Positions 1-11,514 of a DNA stretch of 64,000 nt are shown piece by piece. The notes beneath the pieces are model-generated. The model was not told where the DNA came from and did no database searches. It saw nothing but the letters and a program-made list of their open reading frames with translations. Both the position numbers and the translations under genes were made by a program. Position 1 is the stretch's first letter. Each line of letters begins with the position of its first letter. The stretch is from NCBI GenBank assembly GCA_001949185.1, contig BDGG01000002.1, positions 2,477,826 through 2,541,825 of the forward strand. The letters run 5' to 3'. This DNA is from Ramazzottius varieornatus. Taxonomy: Eukaryota > Animalia > Tardigrada.

Positions 1-627
1 AGCACGGGAAAAGGTTTGCAGAAGAAGCTCGAAAATATCCAGAAGAAGTTCCTACAGACTATTCGCTTGGGCTGTCTGGAAGGGGACGAGAGGCATGACG
101 TGGACTTCGCGCAGTACAGAGAACATTTGGCTGAAATGGAGTGGCATCCGCTGTGGCAGAGAAGGCTGGAAGGTATTTTACCGAACGCTTTTAAGATCTG
201 GAAAGGAATATTTGCAGGTGACGAGCTCATCATGAAGAGAGACATGCCAGGAAGGACAGCAAGAAGTCGGTCCAAAGAATTTCTGCTGTCGCCTGTAAGC
301 TTTGCTTCCGCGTCATGTAAACTTTTAGATTCTACCGCAACTTCTTTTACCTACGTGGCCGCAGAAACTTTGAAAGATCCCGTCTTTTGCTCTAGTCCTG
401 GTTAACTGTTATCTGTTGGCAGCTTTAATAATTATCTGGCGGGATTTTAAATTTTCAAATTTAAAATGGTGTAAGGACTTTGTCGATCCTTTGCTGGTTG
501 TTTAAATTTTTTTGCTGTACTTTTGTATGGCTCTCGTTTTCCTACGGCTTTCTTGCCACCATTTTTCCAATTTGTCCCCTAAGCGCTATGCCTGACAAAG
601 CAGTCGAACAGATAAAGGTTATTATTA
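1..627 (+). mobile_element. 3' end of a non-LTR retrotransposon (CR1/L2-like ORF2 C-terminus plus 3' UTR)
   Basis: ORF 16..405 reads LENIQKKFLQTI...YREHLAEMEWHPLWQRRLEG..AFKIWKG, matching the post-RT C-terminal pattern of CR1/L2/Jockey-group LINEs (LE.VQ....R.....Y.ERL..L....L..RR....YKI..G). It is followed by an AT-rich UTR ending in ATAAAGGTTATTATT at ~612-626. Confidence 0.7.
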
Positions 628-674
628 AGTGAGAATTATTACTGTAAGCTCTGCTGACTAAAAGATTAGTCTGA

Positions 675-2035
675 CCAGTCGCTCGAGATGTGTACATCGC
701 TCTTCGATTTTAACTTGCCACCAGCCAAACATTTACCGTATAGCTTGCAATAAACAAAAGAAAGTGCAAAAAACAAAAGAAAGTTTCTTGAAGTCTAGCT
801 TTACCTTGGTGAAGGCACGCGGCTTTTTGGACCGTCCTATGACAAGGGGAGGAAGCTTCTCGCCGGACGAACTGCAGCAGAGCATGACCGATATCCGTTC
901 CGTCACTTTCTTTCCGCCTTTCATCCTTTGTCAAACCTTAAGAAGAGTCTTTCGAGGCGTAGAGCGACAGTAGCTTCCGGTTTCATCACAATTGAAAATG
1001 TCAGCGTTCTTGTATTCCTGAAGGATCTCAGGCAATTTGTCCCTTATCCAGTCTTCCGCGACTTTGGGATCACTTCCTGCTTCTTCGCCTGCAAGTAATG
1101 CTGTACTACTACAGAACTTCAGAGAAGTTACTTTGAGAGGTAGAATTTTACCTTGCAAAACCACTGTCTGAAGCTGGTTTCTTCTAAGGACACCAGAAAC
1201 CCATCCTTGACTGCCTTTGAAGTTTTCCGTATTCAAGTTGGTAGCTACGAGCCTTGCCTCCTCTTTCAGATCAGTGAATGATACAGGAAATCCCTTCTGA
1301 ATACAATCTCCATGGTTTTTCATAGCCGCTTCTTCAAGAACGTCGAACTTGCGCTTCCTGGATACGATACTTTTACCGCGAACGTTAGCCGGCAACGCGA
1401 GATACTTCTCTCGCTGTTTGCCAAGTTTTGCAATAGTCGATCGGGAGCGGATGTTGGACTTTTCCATGACTTCCCTCAGAATCACCTAACAAAAAAGAAA
1501 GGTCACCTCACGATCTCTGGTTCCGCTGCAAACATCGATGGTTTTACCTGCGATGGATATAGTTCCAGTATCTTTCGCTTTTCGTCCAACGTCAGCCTAT
1601 CGCCAGTCCTTCCTCGAGCAACAACAGTGGACCCATTACCAGCAGGATTAGAACCAGATGCCATCTCAGCGGTCAGCAAGACGAGTTCGCTGGAAACAGG
1701 GATTTGTCGGATGCAGAGATCAACCGGAAGTGCCTCTCGTCGTTTACTGCTTATCCGTGAGATATACTCCATCAAATGTCCTTTCTGTCGATCAAAGCTT
1801 CAGTCTATGGACGTATTCTCAACTCTTCACTGCTTGTCTGGGAAACACGCGACGCGGTAAGGAAAAGAAAGTTCGGAAATTTGAGAAGAAGAGCGAAAAG
1901 TAAATGCAACAGGCTGCCATTGTTGCGTGAATGAGCAAACAATCAATAAGGGCTATGGCGAGCAGTCTTGTGCTCACTATGATTTTGCAGTTTTGAAATC
2001 GAAGAGCGATGTACACATCTCGAGCGACTGGACTG
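675..2035 (-). mobile_element. Internally deleted pogo/Tigger (Tc1-mariner superfamily) DNA transposon
   Basis: A 36-bp perfect inverted repeat, 675-710 (ccagtcgctcgagatgtgtacatcgctcttcgattt) vs 1996-2031. The right end finishes ...GACTG followed by TA. The left copy lacks the outermost ~4 bp. It encloses a CENP-B-type transposase remnant. Confidence 0.85.
780..1664 (-). pseudogene. pogo/Tigger (CENP-B-like) transposase, frameshifted and truncated
   Basis: HTH-psq-like LTLDEKRKILE, CENP-B HTH FKGSQGWVSGVLRR, and DDE_1 start IFNCDETG...KGGK..ERISVMLCCSSSGEKLPPLVIGRSKKPRAF. GT-AG introns at 1486-1547 and 1089-1151. Frameshift at ~930; the rest of the DDE domain is missing. Confidence 0.85.
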
Positions 2036-4919
2036 TACATGCAATACTCTCTAGGTAGTCTCTCCAACGCTCCTCTGCCTGCTACGTTTCAGTTATCCAA
2101 TGGACAGCTAGTCAAAGTCAAGGAGGTAGAGTAAGTCGAGTACTCGTTTCGGTTGACAAATAGTACTGATACGATAAACCCTATTTATCCTATAGCTTGG
2201 TAATTATTGTCGTGTCCGCAGGATGAAGTTTTTTCCAAGAGCTGGAAAGTGCTGTCCGGTGAGTCGTCTTGCTTTTCCGATAGTAATATTTTTAGAGCTA
2301 TTACGCATAGATCTTTTTGTTCGCAGGTATCTAACACCCAAATCTTCACCATTGCAATTGATGAGCTGCGAACTGGAGTCTGCACAACTAAAAGGATTTC
2401 GAGCACACGTTTCAACAGAACGCTGCTGGACCAGACTTGCTATATTTTCGAGTGCGCCTCTCTACAAGAATTCTACAAATTCTATTGCAGTACAGCCGAT
2501 GACCGAACGAAAATTACTGTAATAGCCGCCGCATGTTGCAGATGTAGTGAAAGCTTACTGCTATCGAGAGAAGGGAGAAGATAACCCCATCAGCGATTTT
2601 AACTACAGTGTAAATCGTCAGGGATATCAAGTTCCGTCTTCAGCCAAAAGCAGAGCTTTGCTTCTGAAGGCCCCGAACTTTACGATTGTTCCGAAGTGTG
2701 GATGCAGTTCGCTCAGGTTCACAGGATTGAAGAAGATTTTTTCCGTCAGAGCTGGTTTTCTGCTTTTCCAAAAGCAGTAGGTTGAATAACGAACTGTGTT
2801 TACCCTGATATGGAGAACAATTCTCTTTCGAATAGTGACTCATTTCGACATGATTCCATACAAAACCAGCAGTGCATCGTTGCGCGGCTCCACAATTTAG
2901 TATGAGTCATATGTTGGAGTCATACTAGACCTGTTTCGCAAGTCCCGTTTCGGCTCTGGATAGAACAAAATTTCATGATTTTATACTGTGTCAGTTTCTG
3001 TGCAGAAACCGTTTCGCGGTTTGCTCACTTCCGGCACAGAATATTAGCATAAAGGGATATCAGGCCGCGCGAGTTCAGCAGGGCATCGGAATTCGCGGGG
3101 CCTGTCATTTAGCCGTCTACTGGATAAAGCCTGGACTTCTTTCGCTTTTTCTGGCGATAGTTTCGGGAAGACAATTATCTGTTCCTAACTTCAATGCTAG
3201 TTTCGGCCGAAAGAATGATGGACTTCGGGAAGGAACGAGAGCGGAAGTTAAGTGGCGCAATTTGGGAGGCGTGTAGCTCGGATCACTTGACGCGCCAAGT
3301 CCAATTCGCTGATTGGTCCGATCACGCTCTATCCACCAAAATTTCAAATTTCGATCAAAGTGGTCAATAGTACAATCAACTCAGCTTGCACAGAATTTCA
3401 AATTCTGTGCAGCGATATTAGGCAAAACATAAGCCGTGGATAACTGCACAGCATAAAACCTATACTTATGCCGTGCAAGCCGACAACATGACTTGCGAAA
3501 CAGGTCCACTGTATGACTCAAACATACAGGGTGATTCCTATGAGGTCGACGGATTTTGATACTCTCCAACATATTCAGCACTCGTCCGCCTACCTTGAGA
3601 TTTACTGTATACATACATCAGGCACTCATAAATGTTGCCTGAAAGTTTCGTAGAGATCACAGTTGTCCCAGCAAACACTCAACAAAGTAACCGAGTGAGG
3701 CGGAGATAGGGGTCGCTTTTCGCACCTCAAAATTTTGACACTTAAAGATTTTCGCTCTTTAACCAAAACATTCAAAAACTTTCCGCTAATGATATCCTCA
3801 TGGAAAGATCCTGGCGCACAGGAAAAAGAATAGTTTAGTTGGATATTGTATCCAATGGTCGGAACTGTACCACTGGACCTTGCTTGTCAGTAAGAAAATT
3901 TTTGTTTTTATTCATCTACTGCTTCACATGGATTTTCAAGCGAATGGACTCTATTTCAGTTAGAAGCTTGAACGTTTGTTCAGGAAGTAATAATCATCCG
4001 GATGGGCTCACTTGTCTTGAGCTTCGCCTAAAAATATCTCAATTAATTCAGGGATATTTGGGCGAAAAATGGCAGTTACTGCCTCAATTCCCCACGCCAA
4101 GCGCAGTAGGTTTTTCCTGAAATGGGTACACGCGGATACAAGTCCAAAAAGTTGTTCATCAAATAAGAAACAGATTGGCGAAAACAATTGAGACGGGATA
4201 CTGCTACCAGAGGTTGAAGTCGGTGAGCGGTGTTTTGCGGTCAGTACGCATTATATTTTTCATGCTCCTTGGGATACCTGTGATCTGTACGAAACTTCCG
4301 GGCAATAATTTCAAGTGGTCTTATGTACCTGTACAATGAATCTGGATGTAGGGGAACGAGTGCTGAATTTATTGTAGAATATCAAAATCCGTCGAATTTA
4401 TAGGAATCACCCTGTATGTGTATCATTAATCTTCAAATGAAAAAGTTGTTTAAAATGTATTGGTGGGCATGTCTCTTGACGTGTCGTTCACCGTTTATCA
4501 CCCTGCAATCATGCTGCACCAGACACCGACAGGGAGACGCAGATAGATAGGAAACGCCACCAGACATTGCAAAGCCAGAAAACAGCTTCGATGCACCCCA
4601 CGAAGAGGAACAAGCTGAATAACCCGGCGTTTGGCGAGGTGCTGTAGGCCGCAGACACAACAGATGTCGGGTTGACTAATAGGTTTATAATCTGCCGCTT
4701 TTTTGCAGTAGAAATGAACCTCGCTGGAAACCTGTTCAAGAAGAATAAGCTAAGCCTTTCTCTCAAGAACCTGTGAATTTTCATCTTCAGACAAACACTC
4801 CGATGGAAACTTTCCTCTACTCTGTTTATCTCGCTGAGAGCTTTGCTGGTGTTGCTGTACACAAGATCACTGATTCGTCGATCCGTTTTCCAATCTTTCG
4901 GGTCTTCCTGACGTGGCTC

Positions 4920-6122
4920 ATGGCTGATCATGAAGACCAGAATCCCCGTGCCGAGTACTGGAGGAACAAGCTGAAGAATCCGGACTTCCGGCGGCGATGG
5001 GACCAACAACGCAACACCAAAGCGCCTCGTCCTAAACCCCGCGAGCTCTCCACTCAAGAATGGGGAGACGTCTTGAGTCAGATGCATCTCTACTCTTCAA
5101 CTGGTGTCATTCACCATCGACCACAAGATATCCCCGAAATTCATTCTCGAGAACTGAAGTTGGATAGAGGTAGCGAGGTCGTTGGACAAGGTCAGTTTGG
5201 GGTGATCATCAAAGCGGAGTATAACCGTATGACAGTGGTCGTCATGAAGTGTACAATTGACTGCTCGAAAGAAGACAAGGAGAAATTTAAACGGGAAATC
5301 ATCATTATGGGCTTGATTGGCCAGCATACCAACATTCTACAGCTGTTCGGTTACTGCCTCGACCCACTGTGTATTGTCATGGAGTACGTCAAGATGGGCT
5401 CACTGAGCCAACTGTTACACCACTGCGAGGAGGAAACCATCGAGGTAATCATGGCTGATGGGAGAGTCAAACGGAACATCATCATGGGCGTGGCCGCTGG
5501 TATGTGTTTGCTACATTCGCTCGATATCGTCCATGGCGACCTGACACCGCATAACATCCTGATTTCCAACGCATTCACGGCTCGTATCATTGGTTTCGGG
5601 TTGTGTAACCTGACTGGGAAGACTACTTCGTTGATCAAGATGAGAGGTAGCAGAAAACAAGACGAGGACTTCACAGGAAGTATTGCCGGGTATGTGGTAC
5701 CGGAACTGTGGAATCCAGAAGTTCCCGGTACTGAGAAGGGGGATGTGTATTCGTTTGGCATTCTGCTGAATGAAGTGGTCACCGAGGAAATGCCGTTCAG
5801 TGAAAAGGTGGCACTTTTCGAAGGAAAAGGACCTCACGCTGCCATCGAGTATGCTAAACTCGGGCACCGACCACGAATGCGCAGTTTGTCTCCACGAGCT
5901 CCCACGTTGGAGCAGCTGATCACACGATGCTGGCAAGAAGATCCGGAACCACGTCCGGATTTTGAGTGCATCCAAAGGATATTTCTGTACAGTGAAGAAG
6001 GACTAGTGATACCGAACAGCTTTCAGCTCGGAGGACGAGGAGCCGGCATAGACTTATTCATTAAAAACTTCCGGCATGATAATGTCCATGGAGTACAACC
6101 ATGGAGTCCAGAATTCGAATAA
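4920..6122 (+). CDS. Intronless tyrosine-kinase-like (TKL) protein, predicted pseudokinase
   Basis: Open ORF with GQGQFG, FKREIIIMGLIGQHTNILQLFG, IVMEYVKMGSL, HGDLTPHNILI, YVVPE, DVYSFGILLNE and CWQEDPEPRPDF. The VAVK, HxDLK and DFG motifs are altered. The start is uncertain (ATG at 4920 preferred; an upstream in-frame ATG lies at ~4803). Confidence 0.8.
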   Translation: MADHEDQNPRAEYWRNKLKNPDFRRRWDQQRNTKAPRPKPRELSTQEWGDVLSQMHLYSSTGVIHHRPQDIPEIHSRELKLDRGSEVVGQGQFGVIIKAEYNRMTVVVMKCTIDCSKEDKEKFKREIIIMGLIGQHTNILQLFGYCLDPLCIVMEYVKMGSLSQLLHHCEEETIEVIMADGRVKRNIIMGVAAGMCLLHSLDIVHGDLTPHNILISNAFTARIIGFGLCNLTGKTTSLIKMRGSRKQDEDFTGSIAGYVVPELWNPEVPGTEKGDVYSFGILLNEVVTEEMPFSEKVALFEGKGPHAAIEYAKLGHRPRMRSLSPRAPTLEQLITRCWQEDPEPRPDFECIQRIFLYSEEGLVIPNSFQLGGRGAGIDLFIKNFRHDNVHGVQPWSPEFE

Positions 6123-7498
6123 CTCCGTTACCGGCTTGATGATTACTGTTGGTCGGAACCACTGGACCTTGAAACAGGTTGATCTGAAATCAACATTATT
6201 TTCGAAGTCGCAACTCTGTCATGAAATAAGGAAACCGTTTCTTTCTCGGTTGACCACAAGCGTGCTTTAAATTTCGCAAGCTACCTCCTGAGCATGAGCG
6301 TGGTTGTGAATGTTACAGTAGATCGCCCATCGGGATTAAACCTCCAAGCGTCGGATAGACGCATTCATCGCAAAGGGCTTCTAAAGGATGCAAACCAATC
6401 GGGTGATGTGGAACCTGTCGGATGAAAGTGAACGTGAATGTTACGGAAATAATGGATACTGATTTCTGTATCGCTGCTGGGACAGAGAACCGCAAAGTCC
6501 CCCAAGTTTCAAGACTATTCGAATGGCCATCTTGAGCGCCACCTCGAACTAGTGGTCGTCCCGAACAGCTTTTAAACTGGCTTTTGAACCCCAACCTAGT
6601 GCAGTGACTTCAGTCGGGTATCTTTCGACCAGCTTGCAGAAACCAGTCACCGTTCACAGTACGACAATTACAGTGGGTGGTACAAATGAGCTGCATTTCA
6701 TGTCGCCGAAGCGACTTTGGTAAGAAAACGCAACACAATGTCATACCGACGCGATATCTAGCAAGCTTCGCTTGCTTTTATAGTCACAATGCGACGATCC
6801 AAAATAAGAACTGGAGTACAATTAAAGTTCGAGAATCAACGAACGAACACTCATCAGAACGGTAAAACCAGCTAAACAGTTACAAAGTTTCACATACTAA
6901 TTATGTAATAATTGATCCAAAGGTTCTCGCGCCATCATGGTGCTGTGGTTCAGACCATGGTTCCGCCCGAGCTTGTCGTCGCATCTTCCTAACTAGGAAG
7001 CATATCAATTTCACGTACTCCAGGAGTTCCCTGCGTTTGAGAAGCACCAGCCACAACCAGTTCCACGTCAGTACCTTCGTCCGTATCCGTGTCAGTACGA
7101 CTTGCGTTGTGCTGAAGCTTCTTTCTCAAAACAACCTCGATGGCAAAACAGAACCAAAACCCCAATCCGAAGCCAGCATCCGAAGCCAAGAATGACGGCA
7201 CCGTGATCAGGTTACACGTTCTCAGGGTGGAAGGTAACAAAGTGACCAGATCCCAGCTCAACGTCCCGCACAGTGGGTCGACAGAAAGTTCCGCAGGCCG
7301 GATGACGAATCGAGGAACTCCCGGCGATTACTTGATGACATAGCTATTGATGAAACCAACCAAAAACAAGTTATTCTGGTTATTCTAGACGAGTTAATAG
7401 AATAATAGAATAAAAAGTTATTCTATTATTCTAAACAAGTTATTCTAGACGAAGAAAAAGAGGAAGCTGACACTTTCCAGGATGAGCCAGATCACGAA

Positions 7499-7932
7499 GT
7501 AATGAGAAGCCGTCGCTCCGAGGTTGCGCTGTCGCTCCCTCTGCAGGTGGAGGCGATTCGGAGACGCAGGACATACAACTGGATAAATTACACCAACAGG
7601 AGACACCAGGCGGATATGGGAAGGATCAGAAACATGTAGACGGCGGTCCAAGTCAGGATGTACGGTATGGACCAACACCACAGAAGCAACAATGAGGGAA
7701 AAATACAAATAGATTGATCAACAGCTTGACGCATTACGTCACACAACAAAGTGAACGCAAGGCGCGAAAACGAAACATTGAAAGCTGCGTGTTACGTCAG
7801 GCGTCACTTACCGCAGTCGTACTCGATGTAGCCACAGTAAATGGCGAAGCCGAAGATTGGTAGAAGAATGGTGGTTCGCGCGATAGCCAGCTGTCTCAAC
7901 GTTCCACAGTCATGAAGCTCCAGTTCATCCAT
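7499..7932 (-). pseudogene. Possible small multi-pass membrane protein gene or pseudogene
   Basis: Exon 7812-7932 (MDELELHDCGTLRQLAIARTTILLPIFGFAIYCGYIEYDC) ends at a canonical G|gtaagt donor. A downstream hydrophobic frame (IFPSLLLLWCWSIPYILTWTAVYMFLILPISAWCLLLV*FIQLYVLR) contains a stop. No family recognised. Confidence 0.25.
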
Positions 7933-8044
7933 CTTCAGAATCTGCGAGGAAACAAGACAACGAGATACCAACAAGAAATCGGAGGCAGAAGTCCAGAAAA
8001 TTAATTCGCAGAAAAGGAAAACGACGCGACTGCTCAGTATAGGG

Positions 8045-11000
8045 CAGAGCTGCGGAGTTTTTTTGGCCAGCGGGACACCCGCTCAGTTTTCCCGCTCCGC
8101 TCAGTTATTTTAACTGAACGGAGCTCTAACTGGGAAAACCTCAGCGGAACTGTAACTGAGCGGGCATCAGCCTTAGTGTAGCGGAGCGGGAAACTGTCTG
8201 TAGCGGAACTGGAAAGCGCCGTGACGTCGTAAAAATACGTTCAATATTAGGTTCACCCTGTGCGCGTTTTGTCCCTAGGTAGTGAGCAGATAGTAGATAC
8301 TATGTTTTCAGAACGATTAATGTCACATAAGGGGTGACTAAGCGTTTTATAATTGGTAGGCCCTTCTTTCATACTGATTGCCTGATTACTTTCACAGTTC
8401 GGGCTCTGCTGATAGTTAAACAGTTCGTGGTTTTCCACTTTTCCCCTACAATTAGCTTTCCGCAGCAGCTGTTTTGCCTTCTTGGTGGTTTTGTTACTCT
8501 TCCTTTCAGTCTAGTGCTCCTCACGGAATACGGACATGCCTGGCGAAGCGGTGGTGGTGATCGACAGTGATGGTTCTCCAGAAATCGAAGTGGAATCCAC
8601 GAAGAAGGTGACCGCCAAGGAGCTGAAAAAGCTTGCAGATGCGAGAGTGGCTAAGGACTTCTTCACGGCCTCTTATAATAACCCGTTGACGGAAAGATCC
8701 TCAAAGACCGGTCGTAAGATTACTCTACATAAAGGGCGCTGCAGACTGTGTCGGAAGGAGAAAGTTGTATGCAGTCAAGAGGGCTACAGCAACTTCAAAA
8801 ATCATGTGATTAATGAACATTACAAAGAAGCAGTAAGTTCACAATACGTTGATTGATTTCTCATAATCTTTTTATTGAAATTTAAATTTATCAGACTGCC
8901 CCACTCTCAACTTTGATGGTTGAACGTTTCTTTTGCACAATTTTATAACTTTTATCGCAGAACGACCAAAGAAAGAGGATTCCTCGACAAAGACGAAAAT
9001 CGATGGCCTTCTAGAATGAAGAAGCCAGCCTTCCCAAGGAATCATCCGAAGCAACGTTTACTCGACCTAAATGTAGCTCGGATTCAAGTGGAGACTCTGA
9101 TATGCCCTGACATTCTCGGACGCAGTTCATTTGACCGAGCGATAAAAGGAGCGGATTCCGCTCTAAAGGTATTTTTCAACAGGATAAAATTAGAAATTAT
9201 TGCTTCATTATCACATACGTTCCACTTGCGCTGATAAACTAAATAAACTACTTTTATTTAGTGGCCTAAATGGGACACCATCAGCAGGCGCCTTTTACCA
9301 AGCATCTACAAGAAGTTAGAAACGAAAGTACTGGACCTTCTAAAGAGTGCCACTGCCATTGCAATCAATTGCGATATCTGGAGCAGCAAGCGTCAGAGAG
9401 GATACCTCGGAGTTAGTGCGCATTACATCGACGAAAATTTCAAGCTTTAACATGTCCTTTTAGCCAGCCCGAGATTTAGTGGAATTCACAGCGCAAATCA
9501 AATATTGGATTTGACTGTGGTGTTAACGAAGTTTAAAATTGAAAACAAGGTTTGCTACATTGGAACAGACAACGGAGCAAACATTGTCAATGCTTTCAAA
9601 GATTGGTTTCCTGGATTTATCGACCTCCATGATCCAAACAAATTTGGTAATTCGTCAAACTCTAATCAAGAAACTGTTTAACTGCATTCTCAGTAAAAAA
9701 TAAGAGCTGTTGATTTTACAGAATAAATTTACTTTAGTTTGATGTTATATCGGGTGATTTTTTTGTCGTGTGTGCAGATACCGATATGGAAGATGTCTTT
9801 CGTCGGGTCATTTACGGTGACGAGGAGCTTGAACTGGAGCCGATAGATGCCGAAGACCTCGACACGCGCAGTCCTCTGGCAAAAGAAGTGGCCGAGAAGT
9901 TGATACAGCGATACGAACTGATGCCAGACCGAAAAATCTTTTTAGTTCGGGCTGATCTTTATAAAATTAATTCAATTCGTTGCATTTTAATCCGTATCTC
10001 TACATTCACGGCAAATATATTTTTGTGATATGGAGTCCATGTTTTAGGTAAGGTGTGTTGCTCACACACTGCAGCTCTGCCTGAAGACACCTGTTGAAAA
10101 CTGCAAGATGCTAAACAACTCAGTCGAAAAGCTCGCGTCGGTTGTGGCAAAGCTGAAGAAGTCAACTCGAGGCACTGAATATGTAGAAAAGGAGCTGGGA
10201 ATAGCACTGAAAGCACGTTGCGCCACTCGATGGAACAGCAATTTTATCATGGCTGAGCGAGCAATAAAGTTAGACTGGACGGCAGCTGGCCTCGATCCCA
10301 AACACAAGCTGAGTCGCGAGCACCAAAATATTCTGGAGGACTTTGTTGAAATGACAAGACCTTCTCAAGAAGCCTTTGAAACACTGCAGCGAAACGGAGT
10401 GCCTGCTATTTGCCAAGATCTTCCGTTGATATACGGCCTTCGCATCTTCCTTCAGGGAATCCTCGATGGTGATCAGTAATTAACTCTTCACGGCTACGCG
10501 GAGGAACTTTTGAAACAGCTAAATGTTAGATTTTCGTCGCTTGAGAACGACGACTTGTTTTTGGCAGCAGCGTTTCTGGACCTGGCTATTAAATTTAGTT
10601 TTACTCATGGAACAGAAAATCCGGAAGCCGTGAAGAGCAGAACACAAGCCATTGTGCTGGAAATGATCCGACGTGTCAAGCTAACAAGACCAACACCAGA
10701 GTCCCGAAGTGAAGAACCCAAAGTGAAGCGTTCAAAGCTCTTTAGCTTCATGGACAAAGAACCTCGTTCTTCAGTTTCCTCGCGAAGAGACACTATTTCG
10801 GCAGTCAGTGTCGAAACTAAGTTTCAGCTGTATCTGGATTCCAGATGGGATGAGATTAATCCTCTTGAATTTTACGCCAAGAAAGAAAATCAAGATATTT
10901 TCAAGCGACTTACAGTTATCGCTAAACAAGTTTCGTGCGCTACTGCGGCAACTGCCGGTATTGAAAGAATTTTTAGTATTTCCGGTCAGATTTTACGTGA

Positions 11001-11272
11001 TCGTAGACTCAACCAGTGATCTGAATTTTGAAATGCTATTGTTTTGCAATGTTAATTCTGATCTCCTTACCGCACTTCTCGGTCGACGTATCCTATCCCT
11101 TGATGAATAAATCGCGAAAGTTGAATGATTATTGTGCGGCTTTGTCAAACTGAACTTAACTGAGCGGAAAACTGTCAGTTAGAAAGTTAACTGAGCGGCC
11201 AACTGAGCGGGCCGGGAGGCAAAAACTCTCAGCGGAACTCTGAGCTTGCTTTCCGAAAACTCCGCACGACTG
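8045..11272 (+). mobile_element. Full-length hAT-superfamily DNA transposon
   Basis: 8-bp TSD GTATAGGG at 8037-8044 and 11273-11280. Imperfect 17-bp TIRs (cagagctgcggagtttt / aaaactccgcacgactg). Clustered subterminal (CTG)AGCGG(AA) motifs at both ends. Confidence 0.95.
8536..11110 (+). pseudogene. hAT transposase with BED zinc finger, degenerate
   Basis: BED finger CRLC...SNFKNHVINEH, DIWSS, TDNGANIVNAF, CxxH (RCVAHTLQL), TRWNS and C-terminal ERIFS. Several introns. In-frame stops and frameshifts at ~9448, ~10477 and ~11017. Confidence 0.9.
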
Positions 11273-11514
11273 GTATAGGGTGACATCACAACCGTTGTTC
11301 AGGTTGATTCACTTGATTGGGAGCGATTTGATTGATAAAAAGTGCGCATCGTTACACTCACACACAAAAGTTTCTTCGTGCGCTTTTTCAGGAAAATCTT
11401 CAACTTTATTACTTCATCCATTCTGGGATCAAAACTTCTCTTGAACTAAGTGAGAGAATAAGCTCCGCGGAGTTTCACTAATGCTGACGTAGGATTTGAA
11501 TTTGCAAGTGTAAG

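Noticed and set aside
7366-7450. TTATTCTA repeat cluster
   Set aside because: It is a low-complexity local duplication with no further structure.
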